From the human T2T-CHM13v2.0 reference genome, Homo sapiens, in NCBI RefSeq assembly GCF_009914755.1, contig NC_060948.1: a DNA stretch of 64,000 bases; one strand, 5' to 3'. This document shows positions 22,590 through 38,129 of this stretch, one piece after another. Position 1 is the first letter of the stretch; every line of letters starts with the position of its first letter. Under the pieces are notes generated by a model. That model did no database searches, was not told where the DNA came from, and saw only the letters and a list, made by a program, of their open reading frames with translations. A program made the translations under genes and the position numbers.

Positions 22590-24215
22590 ATGGCTTCCCA
22601 GGAGTTTGAGGTTGAAGCTATTGTTGACAAAAGACAGGATAAAAATGGGAATACACAGTATTTGGTTCGGTGGAAAGGTTATGACAAACAGGATGACACT
22701 TGGGAACCAGAGCAGCACCTCATGAACTGTGAAAAATGTGTACATGATTTTAATAGACGACAGACTGAAAAACAGAAAAAACTGACATGGACTACAACCA
22801 GTAGAATTTTTTCAAACAATGCCAGAAGAAGAACTTCCAGATCTACAAAAGCAAACTATTCTAAGAACTCTCCTAAAACTCCAGTGACTGATAAACACCA
22901 CAGGTCCAAAAACTGCAAGTTATTTGCTGCCAGCAAGAACGTTAGGAGAAAGGCAGCTTCAACTCTCTCCGACACAAAGAATATGGAGATAATAAATTCA
23001 ACTATTGAGACCCTTGCACCTGACAGCCCCTTTGACCACAAGAAAACTGTGAGTGGCTTTCAGAAACTTGAGAAACTGGACCCTATTGCAGCAGATCAGC
23101 AGGACACGGTGGTCTTCAAGGTGACAGAAGGGAAACTCCTCCGGGACCCTTTGTCACATCCTGGTGCAGAACAGACTGGAATACAGAACAAGACTCAGAT
23201 GCACCCACTAATGTCGCAGATGTCTGGCTCAGTTACTGCTTCTATGGCCACAGGTTCAGCTACCCGAAAGGGTATAGTGGTATTAATAGACCCATTAGCA
23301 GCCAATGGGACAACAGACATGCATACCTCAGTTCCAAGAGTGAAAGGTGGGCAAAGAAATATTACTGATGACAGCAGAGGCCAGCCTTTTATCAAGAAGA
23401 TGCACTTCACCATAAGGCTAACAGAAAGTGCCATCACATACAGAGACATTGTAGTGAAGAAAGAGGATGGATTCACCCAGATAGTGCTATCAACTAGATC
23501 GACAGAAAAAAATGCACTGAATACAGAAGTAATTAAAGAAATGGTTAATGCTCTGAATAGCGCTGCTGCAGATGACAGCAAGCTCGTGCTGTTCAGTGCA
23601 GCTGGAAGTGTCTTTTGCTGCGGTCTTGATTTTGGGTACTTTGTGAGGCACTTAAGGAATGACAGAAACACAGCAAGCCTTGAAATGGTGGACACCATCA
23701 AGAACTTTGTGAATACTTTTATTCAATTTAAAAAGCCTATTGTTGTATCAGTCAATGGCCCTGCCATTGGACTAGGTGCATCCATCCTGCCTCTTTGTGA
23801 TCTCGTGTGGGCTAATGAAAAGGCTTGGTTCCAAACCCCTTATACGACCTTTGGACAGAGTCCAGATGGCTGTTCTTCTATTACATTCCCCAAAATGATG
23901 GGTAAAGCATCTGCCAATGAAATGTTAATTGCTGGGCGAAAGCTGACAGCACGGGAGGCATGCGCCAAAGGCCTGGTCTCTCAGGTATTTTTGACTGGAA
24001 CTTTCACCCAAGAGGTTATGATTCAAATTAAGGAGCTTGCCTCATACAATGCAATTGTACTGGAAGAATGTAAGGCCCTCGTTCGCTGTAATATTAAGTT
24101 GGAGTTGGAACAGGCCAATGAGAGAGAGTGTGAGGTGCTGAGGAAGATCTGGAGCTCAGCCCAAGGGATAGAATCCATGTTAAAGTATGTTGAAAATAAA
24201 ATTGATGAGTTTTAA
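22590..24215 (+). CDS. CDY2: Testis-specific chromodomain protein Y 2 (CDY2A or CDY2B), 541 aa, intronless retrogene
   Basis: Intact [34 protein letters not shown]...[12 protein letters not shown]. Chromodomain aromatic cage F6/W28/Y31; C-terminal enoyl-CoA hydratase-like domain ([14 protein letters not shown]). The 541-aa length and DHKKTV, KNCKL and SHPG match CDY2 rather than the 540-aa CDY1 as recalled. The ORF-track start at 22530 is a GTG; the first in-frame ATG is at 22590. Confidence 0.96.
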   Translation: MASQEFEVEAIVDKRQDKNGNTQYLVRWKGYDKQDDTWEPEQHLMNCEKCVHDFNRRQTEKQKKLTWTTTSRIFSNNARRRTSRSTKANYSKNSPKTPVTDKHHRSKNCKLFAASKNVRRKAASTLSDTKNMEIINSTIETLAPDSPFDHKKTVSGFQKLEKLDPIAADQQDTVVFKVTEGKLLRDPLSHPGAEQTGIQNKTQMHPLMSQMSGSVTASMATGSATRKGIVVLIDPLAANGTTDMHTSVPRVKGGQRNITDDSRGQPFIKKMHFTIRLTESAITYRDIVVKKEDGFTQIVLSTRSTEKNALNTEVIKEMVNALNSAAADDSKLVLFSAAGSVFCCGLDFGYFVRHLRNDRNTASLEMVDTIKNFVNTFIQFKKPIVVSVNGPAIGLGASILPLCDLVWANEKAWFQTPYTTFGQSPDGCSSITFPKMMGKASANEMLIAGRKLTAREACAKGLVSQVFLTGTFTQEVMIQIKELASYNAIVLEECKALVRCNIKLELEQANERECEVLRKIWSSAQGIESMLKYVENKIDEF

Positions 24216-24619
24216 TTGTCAGTCTGTCTGCTCAGGACACAAGAACTAAGGGGCAACAAATGCATCATGAGTTGCAAGATGCCCTAATCCATCTTCATAG
24301 CCCAAAACAATTTCACCCATAGCTAAGGCTTGGAAACAGAACTGCAAATGTCCAAGCTATGTATTTAAATTATCACATCATTTTTAAGCACTGTAGCTTT
24401 ACAAGGAGTAACAAAACAGCCTCTTTGCCCAAATGTGATTATTTTAGGCACACCTAAGCCCAAATATAAAAACAGACTGTTGGGTACTAGACTCTTCTTG
24501 CAAGCTCTAATATGTATCTATGGCTACTACTATATATAAGACCAGAGTTGTGTTTTATTAGATGTTTATGACAGAGAATCCTGTAATAATGTTGATTTTT
24601 TCTTACTTTTATATCCTAG
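24185..24619 (+). other. Potential 435-bp GT-AG intron homologous to the CDY1 alternative intron
   Basis: Donor AA|GTATGT at 24185. Acceptor TTTTTTCTTACTTTTATATCCTAG|A ends at 24619. The join reads MLK-IPLLGYKAA, as in the spliced CDY1 isoform. Confidence 0.7.
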
Positions 24620-26499
24620 AATACCTCTATTGGGATATAAAGCAGCCTTAGCTTCCCTCCCAGAAAGACACAGAACGATCAGAGATGGTGCCCTTGACTT
24701 TATAGTGGCACAAACACTTCAGAGACACACAATTATAAGAGACTTATCTTTTAGCATAAATACTTATGGCACAAAATCCACTGACGATCATTCTCCTAAA
24801 CTGAACACATGACTAGAATTGGTGGTGAGATATCGCTTGATTTTCTTTTCCTTTATAAATGTCTAGTTCTTACCCAGTTAACAAAAGAAAACTTTATCGC
24901 TCTAAAGTAAAACTTGTTACACCACATTAGTGAATTATGGAATCATTTTGGTGGAAATATCCAGGTTCTAATGTGTGGAATGTGCAGATTTAGGTTACTT
25001 TAGTGTATGTTCTAGTTAATAAGTTAAAATTCTGGACACATTATTAAAGGCAGAAACTTCTTTCAAAACAAACACCCCTACACTCTGTATGACCTTTACA
25101 ATTATCAGTGTCTCTTTTTATGAGCACACAATTTTCTAGAACACTGTATGTGCTCAGTTATGCAAAAGCTCTATGAATCCTGTCTTGTTGGTTTTTATCG
25201 AGGCTCCATTACATAGGCATAATTGAATAATCCACTGGCCACTGGTGATGAATGTCATCTTTGTCACAAGATCTCTAGTGTGTCACTTCACCAGCCAAGA
25301 ACCTCTCTGGATGATGGCACCTTTGTGCAAGGTTCCCTTGAGCCTGCTTTTCTAATTTTACAAACCCATCTTACAGGCTGCACTCAGCTCAAACTATGGG
25401 CTTAGGTTTCATTTTGCTATGGATGCACCAGGCACAGACTGGAGGCAGATACATGAGTGAGTGTTGGTTCAGTCCAGCCACTGCACACAGCTTTGCCTGT
25501 TATCTGTGATGAGGTAAGCAGGTCAGGTGCTGGTACAGGTGACAGCTCCCTGAAAACCTTTAGGTGAATCAGGCATACCACAAGCTTTCTCTTCTGCAGG
25601 CACTGAAGAATGCAGTGGCATCCACAAAAGAAGAAATGCCAGAGAATGCAAAGACCCAAGGACGTCATCCTAGCCCTGGCATGGGAAAGGTTTAGAGCTG
25701 GGGTATCTAAAGGGCCAATGTCCTGCTTTCTTTTTCCTTTTTTCTTTTTTTTTTTTCTTATCTATGGGATCACTATGACTTAAATTAGGGTTTTCAAAGG
25801 GCTCTGTCTCTCTTTCTACTGGAAATTAGCATCTTGTCTTTTCTTCACTCTTTCTCTCTTTGACTGCTTTTTATTTACTATGACATGCTATAGAAGAAAT
25901 GCATCTTGGCCCAGCATCTTTCTGTTGACTGTAGGGCTATTTGTCAGAAGCAGTAAGATTTTGGCTCAGCAATAAGGTAACATCTTCCCATTTAAGACCA
26001 AAAAAAGGGCTAGATATTAGAAAGGCTCTATATATTTATTGATGTATCAGAAAACTTCCCCAGGTCTTACTTTATTTGTTTAAGGTACTGTAATGAAAAA
26101 GAAACTTGCACTTTACTGGCACCTCATTCATTGGGCATTTCCTATAGGGGTAGTAAGGAACGTGGAGGGTTGGATGTAAAAACTGGAAAAGCTGATGATG
26201 ATGTGACTAAAAGATTCTCTGCATCAAGAAGATGAGAAAACCTGTGGTAACAAATGTGGTTTTGAGTGTTTCCAGGGAGAATGTTTCTCTGACGTTTGGG
26301 AGTTGTTTCTTGTGGGCTTTTCTGATATGACTGCTAAGAAAGCAGGAACAATTTTACAGTATTTACAAAGATGTGGGTGGTTTCACAGGGCAAAAAGCCT
26401 TGCACATAGGAAACTTCAAACAATGTGCCTTTGACTCTCAGAAACTATCTAGGTCTTCAATAGTATTGACAAAGAAAAGCTACATAGTTGTGGTGGATT

Positions 26500-29400
26500 A
26501 TTGGTAAAATTTCTGCAAGCAGAGAAACAGCCTGAAATATCAGGCTGCAGACACAAATTTAAGAATCCTGCACAATCCTGTGGCCCAAGCAAATAATTTT
26601 TTTTTAAAAAAAGCCCAACTTTTTGTGTGTGTGTGCTTAAGACATGCCCACAGCTACTCAGATTAAAAAAAAAAAAAAACAAACAAGACCCCGCATTAAA
26701 ATGTTGTGTCTTTTGTGTAACCAGAGTGCTTCCAGGAAATAGTCTCTCTCTTTTTTAGAACTTGTACATATTGGACTCCAATGTGTTACAAAGGGTACCT
26801 TATATTACTAAACATACTTCAGACTCCGAGCCAAATTTCTGTAAATTATCATTTAAGACTCTGGTCCCAGGCCAAGGTCCTGGGCCATGCTTTCCCTTTA
26901 GCTCTTGTGTGGCTCAGGGCCAAGTTCCTGAGCCAAGCTGAGTCATTACATCCGCCATTAATAGTTCCAGGCACAAGGACCCAGAAAAGATGAGAAGTGC
27001 TTTCTTCAAAACTAGTTAGTACCTTTTCTTCCTTCTGAGTCCATAAAAATATCAGACTCTTTCTCAAAGTGGGCAACTGACTCTACTCCACCAGAAGTTA
27101 ACATGTTAAACATTTACTATCATCTCACCTTTTGCATTCCTAATTTTTAATTTTCTTGAGATTAAAAAGATCTGTGTGTCACCTAAAAATGAGAGACTGA
27201 TACATTGTGGTTCACTGGGGGACAGCAAAGTTTGTTTTTGGTTCATGGACTTGGAAAGGCCTTAATTAAAAAGGTCAGTAGGGGCTGGGCATGGTGGCTC
27301 ATGACTGTTATCGCAGCACTTTGGGTGGCCAATGTGGGAAGATCAGGAGGAGATCAAGATGGAGATCATCCTGGCTAACATGGTGAAGCCCTCATGAAGT
27401 CTACCAAAAATACAAAATATTAGCAGGGTGTGGTGGTGGGCAGCTTTAGTGACAGCTGCTTGGTAGGCTAAGGCAGGAGAATGGCATAAACCCGGGAAAT
27501 GGAGCTTGCAGTTAGCCAAGATCATGCAACTGGACTCCAGTTTAAGTGACAGAGAATCCATTAGAAAAAAAAAGGGAGTAGGGGTGCCATTCCAAACTAT
27601 TTACATTCATATCTTCAGCTTGTCCTCTATTTGCTTTCATATCTGCAGCTTGTTCTCAGTTTTTGTTTGTTTGTTTTTGTTATTTGTTTTTTTCTTTTTT
27701 TTTAATTTCTGAAGAGCAAACAAAGCTCTGGGCCAGTGCCAGGTAAAATCCGATGGATTGCCTGCCATTCTTACAAAGCTTAGGAGAAAGGGATGCTGGG
27801 AGACACATTGGCAGTCTCCTTTCACCCTCCGCTGTTGAAAATGTTGCCTCTGTTCCAACTGTTTTCTTTCAGAGAGGATCCAGCTGTCACATAGGACTGA
27901 AAGGATATCTAAGTTAATTGAAGATTTCTGGTTAAGGCTATACCACGGTGTTACGTGAAGGCCTCAAAACTAACTCCAGTTTCTGACAGCCCATCAGAGT
28001 GTTGCCACCAAAAATTCCAGGCTTTTCTGTGGCATTTTATTTATTTGTTTTTTGTCATTGTGTGGCTAATGTCCCTCCTATTTCTTCTTTGTATGCAATG
28101 TTGAGACCTGGAGATACAAGCTTACTGGTAAAAGTCAGTCAGTAGAAATATAACTCAAAGAGTTGCTATTTTGTGTTTTTTTTTTTCTTTCAAAAGAGGA
28201 AGAATTCAAAATTGTGGTCTAAAAATTTTTATTGGATAAGGGTCTTTTTGTCCGCCGATGATAGACATTCATGACTCTGTTGGGAATGACATACATTCCA
28301 ATAAATTTTCCCTGTTTGGCGGGTGACTTCTCTTTAAAAAGCTCAGCACAGCCATATATATCTAAACAGTTTCTTTGTGAGACACATCTTCTTTTTTCTG
28401 CAGAGACACATACTGTGGGGACAGGCGATAGAGCGTTAACCTTCCTTTTCTAAGTTTTGACTATATAAACCTGGAATTCAGCATTTTCATGGAATATCTG
28501 AGATCTTAAAATGCAACCTAGTAAAATGAGGTTTTTCTCTTGGGGAAGGCTTGTCAGTACTTTGCACAAAACCCTTGGATTTTAATTCCTCTCTCTGTTA
28601 TATCTCTCTAACTCTGTGCCCTATCAGTAAACAGAAAATTTCCACTTTCAATAATCAGAAAGAAGGTGTCTTTGAGAGACATATTTTAGCTAAGTGCTGT
28701 CTTATGAAAGCCAGCCATACAAGCTTTACTTGCTTTGAGGCACACCTTCTTCCTCCAGCAGCACTGACATTTAAACTAACGGAGAATTTTATGTTTCAAC
28801 TCAATCTATCTTATTTCCTGCAATTTCAGTATTTTTTCTAGGCCATAGCAAGGGAAGCCACAAATAGTATTAAAATTCTTACTCTATACAAGTGTCTTGC
28901 TAGAATCCAATGACTATATAATCTTTTTTTTAGGCTCCCAAGTTACTCTGGGTATCTTCTGGGTTGAGTAGGCTTAAGAAATCAACAAAGAGTCACCAGT
29001 AGAGAGCTAAAGCCTCTGCAGGAAAATGTTACTTGTCCTGCTGTCTAGATCCTCTAGAACTGTGGGTGAAGGTTTAGCTTCCATCCATGGGGGACACCTA
29101 TGTCAGTCACCAGACTCAGAAAAGACAAGAGGAATGCAAAAACAAGGAATATCCTATCTTTTTATTCAGTCAGGGCTATTTCAAAAGGGGGAAAAAGAGA
29201 ATAGGAATTTTTTTTATATATTTCTTTAGAAACTTCACAAACTGTCTGCAGTACGCACCTCTCTAGATTACATTCTGAAACACAGAAATTTCACTGACTG
29301 TGAGACTCTGAAAAATGAAAGTGGCTTATTTATGTATTTATTGCTCAAGGGCATGACAGCCCTACCAGCTCCAGGACAGACATGCCTAGCTTTCTGAGGG

Positions 29401-30400
29401 AAGTGTTCGCTTTAGTACTATTCAACAGGTATATCTTTTCTTCAGATGGCAAAGAAAAGAGTATGATTTTTTTTTTCTTTTTTGGACAACCTTACTTTGA
29501 CGTGGGAGACAACCCAGATCTTTCTAAGTATTGTAAAACTGACTCTGCCCTCTTGTCAGTCATAACAGGCAAGTTCCAAAGAGATAATTCATTAAAGTCA
29601 GAGACAAGCCCCTGAGGAACCCTCAAATGTATCTTCTAAATGTCATACCTGCCACCCTCATTTAGAAGCTCCAATAGCCATTTCATCATCTTGTCTTGTT
29701 GTGCCACTAAAGAAAACCCAACCTCACTGTTGCCCCTGTGGAAAATACTCCATAGATGTGATACTAGTATAGCAGAAGTTTTCTTCTCATTGCAAAGACT
29801 TAGACAAAGAAATGAAAAAGATAAGCAAATGTCCTCTGACGACCCTGGTGGATATACAGAGATATTTCAAAATCTAACTCAAGTGTTCAATCATGCCTGA
29901 ATAGATGATACATTACTGCTAAACCAAACCCTAACTGTTGCCCTAAAGCAGGCAGCTTTACAGAGAGCAGAGTTATCCATGGATGAACCACATGTCTTTT
30001 ATAAAATCTTGAAAAAGGGAGGGTGAAAAGGAATAAAAAAAGTTGAACTGATAACAGAATTCTTATTCGTAATAGGAAAGGACGGAGTGCTGAAAACTCG
30101 ATTGGAATCTTATTGGTCCTATAGAGGAGTGAAAAAAAAAATTAGTGAGCCTACTGGAAGGCTTATAAGTGAACAGGACAAAACTTCATAATTACTCTAA
30201 ACTATTCATAATAGGTTAAAACCACAGAAAAATTATAGAGCCTTTTTTAAAATCCTGAGAGAGGCTTTAGTGAAACACATGTTCCTATCTCCCTATTGGG
30301 TTAAGATAAAGTTAATCTTAAGAGAAAAGTTTATTACTCAAGCAGACCCTGACATCAAAAGAAAACTGCAAAAATGTGTCATAGGTTCAGATAATATTGT
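26500..30400 (+). mobile_element. ERV1-class provirus remnant: LTR (~26500-27190), leader, decayed gag (~29250-30400)
   Basis: Gammaretroviral capsid-like reading DDPGGYTEIFQNLTQVFNHA*IDDTLLLNQTLTVALKQAALQRAE (29837-29975) and KFITQADPDIKRKLQK (30325-30375). Family uncertain (HUERS-P/MER83-like). Confidence 0.7.
27282..27573 (+). mobile_element. Alu, diverged
   Basis: GGCTGGGCATGGTGGCTCATG...GAATGGCATAAACCCGGGAAATGGAGCTTGCAG, followed by poly-A. Confidence 0.88.
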
Positions 30401-30479
30401 TCTTTTAACAATGCACCAAGACATAACAGCCTTTCTTTCATTTGAGATTACACTAAGAGTCTTTTATTTTACATTTAAG

Positions 30480-33400
30480 AAGATTAAGGACTGTAGACAA
30501 AGGAAACTGTTTGGAGCAAAAGTTTAAATAAGTGGCAAAAGCAGCTCTCTGCCAGCAGAGATAGAAGCTTGAATAAGTTGTCCACTGGGGTTTAAGGTTT
30601 TTATGGCCTAAAAAATAAAGATATATACTTAGTTTGCAAGCTGTCTTGGAGAATGGGTGACTTAGCTTTGCCCTGGCCCAGGACCTATTAGACAGCTTAG
30701 CCCAGGCACTTTGCCTGGGAGCAGTCTGAAGTGGTAATTTGCAAAGACTGCTTAGCTTGGTACAGGACCTAAAGTAAAAGCTTGTTCTGGGATGCTGGCT
30801 CAGGACCAGTCAGGGACTGAAGTGATGATTCATATGGGTTGAGCAACCAGTGAAATACAAAAATAAATATTTCATCCAATACCCGCTAGATCCCACTGCG
30901 TTTATGCCCACAAAAAAAAAACAAAACAAAACAAAAAACAACTTTATTTTCTGAAAGCCCTCTGTGTATACAGAAAACAACAAGCCTATGCCAGGCATTG
31001 GTTCCCCATCTGAATCAGTGGGAGGTTTGTACAAGATTTTATCTGAATGGACTGAAGGTTCTGTTATCTGTGTTGCTGCAGCCATGCTGTCAGGCACAAC
31101 CTTCTGTGTTAAATCTCTTACTGGTACACACACGTTTTTTTTGGCCTGGTTATTATGTTATGTTGGAATCAGGCCCTTACTTGTTTACTGGAGGTCTTCC
31201 AGGAACCCATTCCTTGCTGTTTACATGGGAAAAGCTGGTTAAGTTGTCTTTGTCCTCCCTCAGAAATGAAAACTCTAACTTCTGTTAGGAGATTGGGCAT
31301 TGGTCTTTCTGGATACTTTCTGCTGGAGAAGAGTGTTGTGTAGAAAACAGTATGTAGGATCTACTGAGGGTTGGTTTAACTGTTTGTAGAAGAAAGGCCT
31401 GTTAATGCATGGTTTTATTTGCATTACGTTTTAAAGTGTGATAGACTTTAGGCACAAAAAGAAAACCAGTTTGGATTATTAGAAAAAGCATATCACAACT
31501 AGACAAGGAGAGTAAGAACAGCTGAAATACTTCAAGGCTGCTGACGTGCCCGTGTAACTGTGGCTATATTTACACCTGTTAAGATTTTGTTACATGAGAC
31601 TTGGATTTATTTAGCTTTCTTGATTTGATCCTTTGAAACAAAAATTCTGTTACAGAAACCCTATTTTCTTTTATGACCTGCAAATATTTGTGGAATGAGT
31701 TCCCAGAATTAGAATATTGTTCTAGATTTATCTATTACTCATATCTTTCTGTTTTCCAAGAACGGTAGCTGGACCTCACCAGTTGGTTCACAGAAAAAAA
31801 AAAAAAGGTTAATTAATATTGTACAAACATCTTAAAAACAACGTATGAGATGAGAAGTTAGTGATAGAGGTGTGATAGGCTGTGAGACCTCTATCTTGTT
31901 TTAGTCCTAATTTTTGTTAAGAACGAATTATGACAAAAGTTAGTTGTTGGCAAAACAGACTTGTCCTACACTTAGCCAGAATATTTTTGTACAGTGCTGT
32001 GAGAAATACCTTTACATGTGCTTTCCTCATGGGCTTTTATGAATCTCTATTCTACAAGGAATCTTAAATAGGACATTATAAAGCTGAGTCCAACTATAGG
32101 TTTGACCCTTGGATACATATTATTTGGATAAACTCCTCTATTGTTTTGAGATTCCAAGTGCATGTGGTTCCTAGGCCTGATAGAAAGTGGCTTTTTTTTT
32201 TTCTCTTACTGCAGATTAGAAAACCTGTATTGGGACTGTGTAAACAAAGTATAAGGCTGCGTTTCTTAGAGGGCTTTTATTGGTTCTAGAAGTCAGATGT
32301 AAGTCATTAAAGAAGGCACACTCTTCCAGTCAAAGCCTTAGAAAATCAACCCGCTTATTCTATTGGGTTATGCTGCAAATGAAAGTACATTTTTGTTGCA
32401 CTGAGTAAAACGATTATATTGTTGTAAGTTAAGAATAATCACACATACTTTCCGAATTTTAGAGGAACTAGGCACAGAGAAAAAAAGCATGTTTTGAGTT
32501 TTGCTAACAGGAGTATACCAATTGACAGTTTTAAAAGCTGTAGCTAGTTTAAAAAAAAGTGCACTTGACTTTAAAAAACAAAACAAGAATTAGAAATATT
32601 CTAAAGGTAAAGAGATTGTTTCATTCTTCTGTTAGTTTAGTCTATTTTAACATTTGTCCTGCTTGACATTTATAAGCATTTTAGCTATTCCTAAGTTCTG
32701 TACATTTTCCTGTTATAAAAAAACCTACAGTTGAGAACAGCTGGTACAGTTCTACAGCTAATTATAAGTCGTTATTCTTGATGAAGATTAAATGTCTGTA
32801 AATGACAAAATGTCTAGTGTGGTTAGAAACAGCATAGGCAAAGACATTTGGTTACTTCCGTGGTTTACAATAGCTTAACATAATAACTTTAAATAAAAAT
32901 GGTAGCACGTATTCAGATATTAAGAACCTTAAAAACCTCATGTGGTTTTGAGCCCTGTGTTAATGTTACCCACTAAAATATATTCTGAAAAAAATAAAAT
33001 ATTACCATCAAAATCACATGTATTTAAATGTGTTTTATAATCCTGTTTAACTTTTTCTTTTATGCCCCAGGGGCTCTCTGAGGCATCCAAAATATAGGGT
33101 TCAGAAAATACATCCTTGAAGTTAAAATTTTATTCTGGGAAGCCTGCCAAATATTTTAGAGGATTAAGACACTTAATGTTATGAAATCCAATTCCAGATT
33201 TCCATAAATCATTTGTTTTGCCAAAATACAGTTGGTAGAAATGTTTGAAAGGGCAGAAACACTTTTATCAGCCTTCAATATTACATGATAATCTCTTTCA
33301 GAAGGACAAATTTTCCCCTTGTAGTTGTCTCCTAATGTTAACCCTAAGCTTAATGAAACCTTATGTAAAATTATTTTAACCTTAGAAAGTTTGACAAAGA

Positions 33401-35750
33401 AGTGAATTTTCACAAACTTATTACAACATTTTAACAAACTTTTACAAATTTGCTAAAGAGAAGATTAATGTTTCAAGAAATTTTTGTTGTGTTTTCACTT
33501 CAATGCTTAATGGCAGAAATAAACATAATACCCTTTTCAATCTAGTTAGTAGGTTCACAGGGTTTTCTTTTGCAAGATTAATTTTTTTGCAGTATTTCTC
33601 ACAATTTGTGTAAACAGCTTTATTTTAGTTAATTAAAGAAAATTCTTTAACTCTAGGCAAAATGTACATTTCCATGCCTTTCTATAATTTATTCTCACTA
33701 CAAACACATTTTACTCTTCTACCACACCTGGCAATTAAATTTATATACAGTATTCTCAATTACACATTATAGTAATATCTTTTAACAATTAATAACTTGA
33801 CTATAAAACCTGGTGAGTTTATAAAATTACGGGCTGGGTGCAGGTAAAGTATGATTTATTACAGCATAGTTAAAGGAGTGGTTATTTTTATACATCTTCA
33901 GGCCTTCGGTGGCTTTCGTTTTTCATAAGTTAAAGTCACATGAACTGAGAAGTACAACAGCCTTCATTTCTTTGGAAGCAAAATATTTAGTTCAACTACC
34001 TATTCTTCACTAAGTTAATTAATTAGATTTTTAAAATATATACATAACACATATGTAAACACAGAGAAAACAGAAGTTCCAGGAGTCATAAAATTTTATT
34101 TTACTAATTTTCCAATTGGATTATTGACCTCTTGCTGTGGCCCTTTAAGAAACGGGCTATGAATAGTTTCCAGGGCCTAATAAAAAAAGCCTCACTGATG
34201 CTGGGCATGGTGACTCACACCTGTAATCCCAGCACTTTGGGGGGCCCATGTTTGGGGATCAAGAAGTCAAGAGATCATGGCCAAAATGGTGAAACCCCAT
34301 CTCTACTAAAAATATAGAAATTAGCTGGGCATGTTTGTGTGCACTTTTAGTCTCATCTAATTGGGGGCTAAGGAAAGGAGAGCCGTTTGAACCCAGGAGG
34401 CAGAGGTTGCAATGATTCAAGGGTGTACTGCTGCACTCCCGCCTGGTGACAGAGTGAGACCACGCCTCAAAAAAAAAAAAAAAAAAAAAAAAAAAAAGCA
34501 GAGCTGGAAGAGACAGCCTTTCATTTTCAGAGGTATTATTCACTTCTAATTCCAAGAGCTACATAAGAAATGCAGATTTCTCATAAAAGACGATTGATGG
34601 TGTCTCTTCTGTTAGCCTCAAGATGTCCCTGACCATCAGCTTTTATCCAAGAACCTTTTATGCATTCACCAAAAGTGTCAAGATTGAGTGGAGAAAGGTA
34701 ACTTAGTCGACTGAAAGAAAAAACATTTTCAAGGAAACAAGGTTTATGAGGAGAAAATCATGAACGTCTTGAATACATGTATAGCATAAATCTCCATTTT
34801 TAATTAATCCAATTGCTTTCTAAGAGTGTTTTCATTAATTTAACTTTACAGAGAATATCAAGAGAAGTGTCTATTATTTATTTCACCGGTTTACACCACT
34901 ATGTGTTCACAATCAGGTTCAACAACTCAACTTTCCCCTGACAGAAAGCTGCTGGATTCAGGCAAGTACAGGCTTTCAAATGGGCTGCAGATCCCTTCAA
35001 TAGCAAAGCTTGATATTTAAGGAGGTGACTGTCAGTTCGCAAGAGACTTTTTTAAGGAAACACAGTACTGCTATGCTATGTGGTGTAGAAACAGATATGT
35101 CATTTTCATGGTTAACCTGATGGTTTCTGGCACCAACAATATCACTGATGCAGCTGCTCAGTGGTAAGTTGCCCATTTTTTTTTTTTTAGAAACCAAGCT
35201 AAATTTCTTCCTTAGGTAAACCACTGGATGTTGATCTGGACCTCGAGCCTCATCCGTAATTTCAACGTCTGCTTTCTCTATTTCTGATACATGGAGATTA
35301 AGTGCCTTTACTATGAAAAAACTGAGGGCTTCTGCTTTAAGTAAGGTTTGTTTAACTGGTTAAATTTTTTTGAGTACCAGGTTATTAAGTTAAACATGAG
35401 TTTTATCTGCTTTAGTTTCTTCTATGAGGTGGTATAAAAGACGAGCTAATTCTCTGTACGGAGGTACCTGCCATCTGAAAAATCAAGTACTGCCCAAGAA
35501 TATTCTTAACTGTTAAGAAAAATGGGCTGAATTGTTTCATGACCTTGTACATTGGTCTCTTCTGATAAGACCAGATCCAGCTACTGTACTGAAGTCTGAG
35601 AGAGCTGAGCTTTAGATGTTGAGACCCAATAGTCTTTTTATTTTTAATTTTTGTCAGATAGTTTAGCAGAGCATTAGCGCATTCCCAGGAAGCCCATCAC
35701 AATCTTGCTATTATTGTTATCTCACCAGTACACAAACACATAACAGTCTC
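30480..35750 (-). mobile_element. ERV1-class remnant in opposite orientation: LTR-like (~30480-31330) plus internal sequence
   Basis: 30650-30830 is the reverse complement of the GCCAAG-repeat LTR motif. The AT-rich internal region resembles MER4-group proviruses. Boundaries are approximate. Confidence 0.5.
34200..34498 (+). mobile_element. Alu (AluS-like) with a ~31-nt poly-A tail
   Basis: GCTGGGCATGGTGACTCACACCTGTAATCCCAGCACTTTGG...GAACCCAGGAGGCAGAGGTTGCA, followed by an A-tract. Confidence 0.9.
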
Positions 35751-35759
35751 TACTTATCT

Positions 35760-38015
<2,256 letters not shown>

Positions 38016-38095
38016 CTAACTCTCTTCACTATTGGAGGAGGAGAACCCTGGATTGGAGAGAAGAAGAGAGAAACAGGCTCTAGAATTTAGAAAAA

Positions 38096-38096
<1 letters not shown>

Positions 38097-38126
<30 letters not shown>
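38097..38126. repeat. (TTG)n microsatellite
   Basis: Direct reading, about 10 units. Confidence 0.9.
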
Positions 38127-38128
<2 letters not shown>

Positions 38129-38129
38129 A

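Noticed and set aside
22317-23701. Antisense ORFs over CDY2 (142 aa and 168 aa)
   Set aside because: Shadow frames of the coding strand with no independent support.
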